From: Candidatus Micrarchaeota archaeon
GTDB taxonomy: Archaea; Micrarchaeota; Micrarchaeia; Anstonellales; Bilamarchaeaceae
DNA: 64,000 bases
Direction: 5' to 3'
Assembly: GCA_040753215.1 (NCBI GenBank)
Contig: JBFMEZ010000013.1
Location: forward strand, 32,001-96,000
Of the stretch, positions 57,601 to 64,000 are shown piece after piece. The position numbers were made by a program, and so were the translations under genes. The notes under the pieces are model-generated. The model searched no databases. It saw only the letters and a list, made by a program, of their open reading frames with translations, and was not told where the DNA came from. How positions within the stretch are numbered: position 1 is the first letter of the stretch; every line of letters begins with the position of its first letter.

Positions 57601-58522
57601 CCAGCGCCAGCTCTCGGAGGCGAGGATTGCTGCCGGCGCAGCAGGGCTGCCCCTGGTGGTTGGGGGGTGGGGAGCCGTCAGGGTTGCCAGCGCCGTCCCT
57701 GAGGCGGATGCGATACTGGAGCTGAACCGGTTCCTGCAGCAGCTGGAGAGCGACCCCGCTTCCGCCTATTTCTTCAATATGCTCGTGCCCGGCGGGCCGG
57801 AGGCCGGTTTTCCCGGGGTTGACAGGCGCTTCACGACAGCAGACATAAGGTCCGCGCTGGACGATATCGCGATGTTTTTCCAGTCCATAGAAGACGGGAG
57901 TTCGAGGTCAAGCGCCATGGTGAAGGCTATTCTCCCGGATGAATTCAACCGTTTCTGTTTCGTGTATGCATGTGCGCTTTCCCTGCTCTCAAGCAGCGAC
58001 CAGGACATCTCGGGCCTGGATATTCTTGTGGAAGATGCCATCAATTTCCTTGTGGAGGGCATGAGCCTGGGCCTTGACTTCAGTGCCATGAAGCCCAGCG
58101 ATTATTTCCTGGCAGCAAACATGGTGCGCAGGGCGCCGGCAGGCCAGCCGATCAGCGATGCCGGGCTTGTTTCCGGTTTTTTGGCAGGCGACCCGGCCTT
58201 TTCAGACCCCCAGTTCGCCAGGGTTTTGCTTGCCGCGCTTTATTACAAGGGTGAAATGCGTGACCCATCGGACCAGCAGTGGGTTCTTGACGCAAGCTAT
58301 TATACTTACTTCAATCTTGTTGACACGCTGACCGGAAGCTCCGAGCAGATTGAGAGGATACACGGCGAGATGATGGTCTCGATGTTCGACAATCCGGAGT
58401 TCTACAGCGCGGAAAGCATGCGCGCCCTTGACAGGCAGGCGCTGATCCTGCTCTGGAGGAATACATGGGACAGGTATCCCGCAAACATCTATGCCCCGCC
58501 TTCATCGGGGACAGGTTTTTAA
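54620..58522 (+). CDS. large (1300 aa) hypothetical protein with central Gly/Ala-rich membrane region
   Basis: Long uninterrupted ORF with TTTATAAA box upstream; no recognised domain. Confidence 0.8.
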   Translation: MQSTRTTREAEQPAEAGPVVPIPAVLPSAPQIRYVQSTEDGLRDTINSLVDFLSGRGVVPDNLATAIRWLRPGDFSETPDINAFINGIKGQLELHFDPDNEVQRMRVERIIEVITGLAQEYARQMEVLSPPSVRVGEALQPLTVAPTDASPFSFVIEGDTFRITNNRYLPFTGEDRESIKHILEAAVGMDSGGMGRVLELVDRMAEVAAKANIFDTRSRQRAGIGEVSQALAGVRDAYQKLLGKLVEEGEALTGLAAGDPDALGRESLGIAREAERARVACMDRISRFYSGSGVSSLIRDVEEVISNPTYAGDLVFSDFEISVFNYYKQRFAEILPRMDVLSRRLAELDMVPSLDSQQLTPAEAQVFANFLEFAGAFELFRAKARFMTIYNELLEEQNRGSFVEGIAGPRAYREPLSGRQMENLLLAMEPVMGPALPLGSREQYEELLELRGPLELYGQVMENAVVQSVAEALTASAVPEAERINYEDLTEQGRAVLSNLRVHREALARSHDAVGLGSVLYRYANYLRMFDVDTSAYFERSETRMDEALVSAALERGDIPDLLYESSRYFLKYHGTEFLVAVTVLSAGAGGIAGGIRAGVQGLLEVGSAAARGGYAAATAVAAVPAAVVAGHALYDFARGEWGGRAYQDLDIASAFLLMASMGWAGGTGLGARFFSAGTAGLGSTAIGAHLVESISQGRIYDALSDTVAIAVGSTLFVKSLSGIRQYRLAGEAMPASTARVSGPFGLVDVQLPHLWRELAFPYTATGAVTMFAGAAAFTAAFSPDTIAQLIESQGIGEYLAMLNSMCADLANEGPVFMLGFRALGTGVRAVREWRLASGERGFRSSVRTVIRNMALGETGGSFVEIPLGTAEETMAALIMPSSNPGRTFAALQAGAGSTAIDIATRYGADLTNQEFFHRLMVAALGDTRMTASGLVDFLGELRLPRGFRRQLRQFAEEFVTANNQQWQAAEALLSGQPLSTLQQRLFIDANQLAQRQLSEARIAAGAAGLPLVVGGWGAVRVASAVPEADAILELNRFLQQLESDPASAYFFNMLVPGGPEAGFPGVDRRFTTADIRSALDDIAMFFQSIEDGSSRSSAMVKAILPDEFNRFCFVYACALSLLSSSDQDISGLDILVEDAINFLVEGMSLGLDFSAMKPSDYFLAANMVRRAPAGQPISDAGLVSGFLAGDPAFSDPQFARVLLAALYYKGEMRDPSDQQWVLDASYYTYFNLVDTLTGSSEQIERIHGEMMVSMFDNPEFYSAESMRALDRQALILLWRNTWDRYPANIYAPPSSGTGF

Positions 58523-58577
58523 ATTAATTTGTGCATTTATACGAACACATTTCAACAATTTAGCCGATGTGATGCAC

Positions 58578-61142
58578 ATGCCCAAGCAATGCGAAAAGGC
58601 CGCAAAAAAAGAGGATGGCGGGGGAAAAGAGGCCGCGCCCCCGATACGCCAGCCTCTCGCCAATACCCGCGCCGCGAAGGTGGCGGCGGCAATCCTCAGC
58701 ATCTCCGTACCTTCCACAGCCGCAGCACCAGTTTCTTTTTTAAACCCTTACAGAGCCGATACTATAGGTGAAGGTATGCAATCCCAAAGGCAGGCTCCCC
58801 GCACAATAGACAGGCAGTTGGTGGAGAACATCCAGCGTGGTTTTGACGCACTCGTCCCCGGCGACTCAAACGTCGCAACAGTGAACAGGAATACTGAAGA
58901 CAGGGATGCGGTCGTGAACAACGTGCGCAAGTTCATAGAGCTCCTGAGGGGGGAGAGGGATTCCCTTTTCGGCATAAGCGCTTCCGACGTGAGCGACGCT
59001 GCGGCCAGATATGCGCGTTTTGATGATGTGGAAAAGAACCTCTTCATCCAGGGCCTGGTATCCGTCGTGGCAGCGCAATTCACGACCCGGGGCGGGACCG
59101 CCCGCGATGCGCTACACGATGCCCTCTTAGGCAACCTGGACACGAGCGCTTCGGGAAACATTTTTGACTATGTGGCCGCCAATGCGGCGGTGGCGCGCAT
59201 GATGGGCGCAGCCATCCAGAGGGTTGCAGAGGCACTTGTTCCCCACGCGGAAGTGGTTCCTGTTCCGCAGACGGTTGCGCTCTCCCTTGAGGAAGGCGGA
59301 GGTCCCGTAGTCATAGACGTCTCTACTGAAGAGCTTGAGGCGCTCGCGGACGAGGAGGGAATAGACCCGGCGGAATTCGGCATAACGGACTCCCCCGAAG
59401 AGAACCTCCAGTTGAGCCTTGCATTCCTCTACATCCAGCAGTTCCCGGCGCTGCTTGAGCAGGCCATGAGCGAAGGCCCTGTGGACCAGAACACATTCGC
59501 CCGCATTTACGAAGTCATCCTTGAGCAGGGGCAGGCCATGGCGGCACGCCCCGAATTCGGAGGGCAGCAGCTCCAGCTCGCCGGCGTAAGCGAGAAGATG
59601 ATGCTTGGCTTGGGGATACTGGGTGGTTCGGCATTGTTTGATTATTTCAGGTACAGGTACGAACCAATATCCGTGAGGGAGTTCAGGTCCTTCCTGGGCA
59701 ACATTGTTTCTGCACTAAAGGCGAAGCACGGGATTGAGGGCGCAGCCGCGGCGGGGGAAAGCAGGATTGTCACGGAGGGAGGCGAGGCAGCCACCGGAGC
59801 CGCCCGGGCGGCCAGTGTTGAAGCGTTCAACCGTGACCTGCAGAAGCTGCAGAGGCTCCTGAGGGAAGCTCCTACGACCGGCAACACAATGGACGATATA
59901 ATACGTGAAATGGGTTTCAGCGGGGAAACGGCAGAGAATCTCATGCTCAGGCCGGTCACCGGAGCGAGGGCCGCAAGGGCTGCAACCGGAACAACCGCCG
60001 AGGCGGTTATCCGCATAGAGAGCGGCCATCTGGACAGGCTTATCGGCCAGCAGAGATTTCTTGGGACCGATGCTGCGAGCTACCGTTTGAGGCTTTCCGG
60101 GCAGGATATGGTGCTGCAAAGGCAGATACAGTCGCTGTCGGTTGCCGCAGGCGCGTCTCCCATCGAAAGGATTCTTATAGAGCCCGCCATGAGGGTGAGG
60201 GATGCGTGGCTGGCGTTCCAGGCGGGCAGGTCTTTCCGCACCGGAGCCGCTGTCGGGTGGGAGGCGGTAAGCTTCCTTCCGCGTGTCAGCGTAAGGGGGC
60301 TTGGCGAAATATGGAGTTTTGGCGCCGAGAGCGCAAGGGTGAGATGGGGTGTAAGGGCAGCAGTCGTATTCGGCCTTTGGGAAGCAGCATACCGCTTCCA
60401 CCTTACAGATGACCAGCCTCCGATAATTGACTGGGCGGTTAGCGCCATGCCCGGTGTAGGCCCCAGGTCGGAAGGAGGGGGGGCAGGAGCGCCTGCAGCC
60501 GCGCCGCGGGGAAGGGCGCCGAGTGCCGTAGCCCCGGCTCGCGCCCGTCCATCCGCACCAGCACCGGTTTCCCGCGCCCCCGGGGAACCAGCGGAGGCGG
60601 CGCCCGGTGCAGCAGCTCCAGCAGCAGCGCGCGCACCCGGACCGATCGAATCATTCGGCGAGCTGCAGAGGGCCCTGTTCAGCGTGCCAGGCCACCCGTA
60701 CAGTGGCGAGATAGGGAGTTACGTCCGCGAGGTGATGTGGGCAGAGGGCTCTGCCCTCGAGGGGCAGGCAAGGGACAGCCAGCTCGCAGGCGCCGCATAC
60801 CGCCACATAACCACGAGGGTCGGGATGGCGAACCCGCAGACCTGGGAGGATGCGCAGAGGGAGATAAGCAATGCGTTCTCCGAATGGAACAATTATGCGA
60901 AGCTCTCGGATTTCCTTTCAGGGATACCCGGCAGCTCGGGAGTCCTTGATTACATGAACGGAATATTGTTCGCGGCCGGCTCTCCATTGGCACCGGAAAC
61001 CGTAAGCAGCGAAACCACCAGCGCCGCATACTCTTTCATACTCGGGAGACTGAGGAGCGCAAACCCCGGGAGCTGGGACGCCGCAAAGAGGGAATTCGAA
61101 TCCGCATTCACTGCGTGGAAAGCCACGCAGGCCACGCAGTAA
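58578..61142 (+). CDS. large hypothetical protein with Pro/Ala linker and two C-terminal repeats
   Basis: AAY..I..R...ANP..W..A.RE...AF..W occurs twice; start uncertain. Confidence 0.75.
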   Translation: MPKQCEKAAKKEDGGGKEAAPPIRQPLANTRAAKVAAAILSISVPSTAAAPVSFLNPYRADTIGEGMQSQRQAPRTIDRQLVENIQRGFDALVPGDSNVATVNRNTEDRDAVVNNVRKFIELLRGERDSLFGISASDVSDAAARYARFDDVEKNLFIQGLVSVVAAQFTTRGGTARDALHDALLGNLDTSASGNIFDYVAANAAVARMMGAAIQRVAEALVPHAEVVPVPQTVALSLEEGGGPVVIDVSTEELEALADEEGIDPAEFGITDSPEENLQLSLAFLYIQQFPALLEQAMSEGPVDQNTFARIYEVILEQGQAMAARPEFGGQQLQLAGVSEKMMLGLGILGGSALFDYFRYRYEPISVREFRSFLGNIVSALKAKHGIEGAAAAGESRIVTEGGEAATGAARAASVEAFNRDLQKLQRLLREAPTTGNTMDDIIREMGFSGETAENLMLRPVTGARAARAATGTTAEAVIRIESGHLDRLIGQQRFLGTDAASYRLRLSGQDMVLQRQIQSLSVAAGASPIERILIEPAMRVRDAWLAFQAGRSFRTGAAVGWEAVSFLPRVSVRGLGEIWSFGAESARVRWGVRAAVVFGLWEAAYRFHLTDDQPPIIDWAVSAMPGVGPRSEGGGAGAPAAAPRGRAPSAVAPARARPSAPAPVSRAPGEPAEAAPGAAAPAAARAPGPIESFGELQRALFSVPGHPYSGEIGSYVREVMWAEGSALEGQARDSQLAGAAYRHITTRVGMANPQTWEDAQREISNAFSEWNNYAKLSDFLSGIPGSSGVLDYMNGILFAAGSPLAPETVSSETTSAAYSFILGRLRSANPGSWDAAKREFESAFTAWKATQATQ

Positions 61143-61148
61143 TGCTCT

Positions 61149-64000
61149 TTACCTTATTATCTTGTACATTTTGACTTCCCCGCCCGGAGTCTTGTACACA
61201 AGCTCAAACCCGGGCAGGCTCTCCAGCACGAACGCGTTGTAGAGGTTGGAATCGTAGAACTTCCCCTTCCTGTCCTCCCAGCCGTCCTTCAGCTCCCCGT
61301 TCTCCACCCATATCCTGTCCTTCGTATAGAGGGATGTATAGACATTAACGCCGTTCGCATCCGTCCCATCGTACGAAAGAAGGGCCTTGTTCAGCTTCAG
61401 CTCCCCGTTCTCGTATTTCCGGTCCAGGTAATAAGTGCCTGTGATGCTCCGGCCGTCGGCAAGCGTGACGTCCCCTACGCAGTAGGTGGGCGCGGGCGTG
61501 AGCTGCCCTGCACCTGAAACCCCGGGCACCCATTTCAGCGCGTACCCCACGATGCCCTTCTTCCCGGAAAGCGGAGAAATCACGCACTCCTGCGCCTGCA
61601 TCCCCGTGGGGACATAAAGCTGCTCCCACAGGTGCTCGAATTCGCACAGGGAATCCCCGGGGTTCTGGTTCACGCCCGTCTCGTTGTTCCTCGAGCACGA
61701 GAGGTAATTCAGCGCCCCGTACTTCCCGCCGAAGGTTATCTTGCCGTCCGGCCTCATGGACCCTATAACCTCCTGGTCGAAGAACACGTACTCCGAATCA
61801 TGGGAAAGCATGAAGTCCCTCAGCTCCTCCGGAGTCCCGTAAATGAAGCCGTGCGCAACCTCCAGAATCATCTGCAGGGACGCATGCTCGTTCCTGAGCA
61901 CGGTGTTCCTCTGGCCGAAATAGTTCGTCCAGTGCCCGTAGTCCCACCATGAGGTGAAGCGCGCATTCCCAGGGGTGTTCCTCTCCATCCACTCCATTAT
62001 GTTAATCCAGTAATCATCTATCCTCATGAAGCACCTGTACTGCACCGCGATTGCCTCGTCCTGCGTTATCGAAGCGGGGTTGCTTATCATGGAATAGCCG
62101 CACACGTTCGGGTCGTACTGGTAATTCACGCCCCGGTTGGCAAAACCCACGGGGTCCCTTGCGGCAAGGCATATCGGGTCGCTGCCAGTGCCCATGGGGT
62201 CTATCTGCGCGCACACGGCCCTCAGCTTCGCCTGCGCACCCAGGGGGTTGTCCTGGAACCTGTCCTCGAACGAGGTCATCAGGAGCACCTTCCCTATCCC
62301 GCCCAGCGCGGTGAACTGGAAATATGCAAAAAGCGCTCCCAGCAGCACGAGCCCCATGAACGCATAACTAACCCATTTCTTCCTCTCATCCTCATCCTTC
62401 ACGCCCTTCGCCCTAAGCTCAGCCACATCAAAGGCCTCGCCGAGCACAACTCCAAGTGCAGCCGCAGTGGCAAACCCCAGGTATATCGTATATTTTGTCT
62501 TCAGCATCCCGACTATCGAAATCGGGAAGATGAGCGCGATGAAAAGCAGCGGAAGCCGCAAATCCTTAAACGCAACCTTCCTGTATGCCGAATGCGCAAG
62601 CGCAAGAATGGCAAAGAAGAATATGAGAAGGAGCATGCTGTTCGCCTTCTCCGTGTATGCAATGCCCGCGCCGAACGCAGTGTCCACGAACCACACGGCG
62701 GCCCCCATGATTGCATTCACGGCCGCGGACGGGATTGCGAACAGGAGCGCGGCAGCCCCGTCAAAAACCATCGCCGCAAACCCCAGCGTACCCTGGAACT
62801 CGGTCCCCGCAACCCCCTGCTCCGCGATGGTTTTCTGCAGCGGGTTGAGGAATTTCGCAATCCCCAGGGAGCCGCTCGCGAGCCCGGATACGGATGCTCC
62901 CACCGGGGTGAATGCGAACACGAGCAGCCCGGCGAGAAGGAGCGCCCCAACCGCATAGGTGGCGGTCTCAGCATCCTTCACCCTCTCCCGCACAAGCTCA
63001 AGCGCGACCGCGAACGCGTAGGCCCCGAAAAGCCCGAGCATCGCACCTCCGAAAAGGCCACCGAAGGAGAATGCGCCAGCCCTGAAGGACTCGTTCAGCA
63101 CCGTTGCCAGCGCCGCGCCGCCTATCACAATCCCGTTCAGGACGGTGAACTCCCTCCCCTCCTCCTTCATGAAGAAGAGGAATAGCGCCTGCAGCGGGAT
63201 GAAGATTATGAGGGCGGCGGTTATCACTATGGACGAGCCCGAGCCCAGCATAGTCGCGAGGAACGCGAGCGCGGCCAGCCCGGCAAAGGCCCTGTCCTTC
63301 CGCTTTATCGCAAGCGCATACATCGCGAAGAAGAATGAGAGCGCAAAGAACGCATAGGGCTGTATTTCGCTCTCGCCGGCAAGCGTTTTCATCAGGTACA
63401 TCGGGATGAAGGAAAACACCGCGGCGGCGATTATCCCGAATTCCCTTCTGTATTCCGCGGAGATGAACAGTGCGGAGAAGAATACCGCGAGCGCGGCGAG
63501 AACGGGCGGGAAGCTTCCCGCAAGGTCGGAGAACAGATATTTTTCATACTCCCCTCCGGAGGCGTACATCGTGTATGCGATTGCTTCGGGGTAGGCCTTA
63601 AGCGGCACGCCCCTGTGGCTGACCTGCATCGGATACCACGCGGTCCCGTCGCTCAGGGGGTTCCCGCCCTCATCTATTATCTGGTGCGACACGAACATGT
63701 AATAATACGGGTCAAGCTCCATGAATATGGGGCTGTGCGTCTGTATCCTGACCCAGAAGGTGATTATCATGAGCAGCGCAAGCGCCGCGGAGGAGGCCAT
63801 AAGCACCGGCTGCGGCGGAAGCGCGAGCTGCTCCCACCCCCTCTCTTTCACAAAAACCGCAATAGCAATAAGGTAGAATACGCCCACAAAGAGGAGCGCG
63901 CTCCCGTAATTGAACTGCACCCCGAAAACCATGAACATCAGGAAGGAAATCAGCGCCGGCACCACCATCCCGATGCCCATCCCTATCCCGGCCTTGTCGA
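61149..64000 (-). CDS. aglB: oligosaccharyltransferase AglB/STT3 (5' end beyond window)
   Basis: ELDPYY, TIAEQ, SWWDYGHW and many TM helices. Confidence 0.93.
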   Translation of the reverse strand, partial: DKAGIGMGIGMVVPALISFLMFMVFGVQFNYGSALLFVGVFYLIAIAVFVKERGWEQLALPPQPVLMASSAALALLMIITFWVRIQTHSPIFMELDPYYYMFVSHQIIDEGGNPLSDGTAWYPMQVSHRGVPLKAYPEAIAYTMYASGGEYEKYLFSDLAGSFPPVLAALAVFFSALFISAEYRREFGIIAAAVFSFIPMYLMKTLAGESEIQPYAFFALSFFFAMYALAIKRKDRAFAGLAALAFLATMLGSGSSIVITAALIIFIPLQALFLFFMKEEGREFTVLNGIVIGGAALATVLNESFRAGAFSFGGLFGGAMLGLFGAYAFAVALELVRERVKDAETATYAVGALLLAGLLVFAFTPVGASVSGLASGSLGIAKFLNPLQKTIAEQGVAGTEFQGTLGFAAMVFDGAAALLFAIPSAAVNAIMGAAVWFVDTAFGAGIAYTEKANSMLLLIFFFAILALAHSAYRKVAFKDLRLPLLFIALIFPISIVGMLKTKYTIYLGFATAAALGVVLGEAFDVAELRAKGVKDEDERKKWVSYAFMGLVLLGALFAYFQFTALGGIGKVLLMTSFEDRFQDNPLGAQAKLRAVCAQIDPMGTGSDPICLAARDPVGFANRGVNYQYDPNVCGYSMISNPASITQDEAIAVQYRCFMRIDDYWINIMEWMERNTPGNARFTSWWDYGHWTNYFGQRNTVLRNEHASLQMILEVAHGFIYGTPEELRDFMLSHDSEYVFFDQEVIGSMRPDGKITFGGKYGALNYLSCSRNNETGVNQNPGDSLCEFEHLWEQLYVPTGMQAQECVISPLSGKKGIVGYALKWVPGVSGAGQLTPAPTYCVGDVTLADGRSITGTYYLDRKYENGELKLNKALLSYDGTDANGVNVYTSLYTKDRIWVENGELKDGWEDRKGKFYDSNLYNAFVLESLPGFELVYKTPGGEVKMYKIIR

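Overview
Archaeal DNA, most likely DPANN (Micrarchaeota-like). The evidence is an epsilon2-type tRNA splicing endonuclease, a stand-alone 5S rRNA, intron-containing tRNAs including tRNA-Ile(UAU), archaeal PriL/PriS, GGGP synthase and AglB. Housekeeping genes (dys, priL/priS, ychF, dtdA, pyrE/pyrF, GGGP synthase, rnhA/rnhB, ino1, aglB) alternate with lineage-specific hypothetical genes, toxin-antitoxin pairs and two TnpB-only IS200/IS605 elements. A roughly 12 kb, more AT-rich accessory island follows tRNA-Ile. Highlights: (1) a 20-nt bulge-helix-bulge (BHB) intron interrupts the RNase HII gene at its active-site motif, near an epsilon2 EndA and a second EndA-like gene; (2) a dispersed family of 7-mer arrays and nested ~55-nt hairpins, some inserted in frame into proteins and one with its loop inverted; (3) island modules (divergent operon plus regulator) bounded by a short direct repeat and ending in a tyrosine integrase remnant; (4) a HAD gene tightly punctuated by two tRNAs; (5) a divergent RelA/SpoT-like protein. 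All assignments come from motif recognition by eye; no database searches were run.
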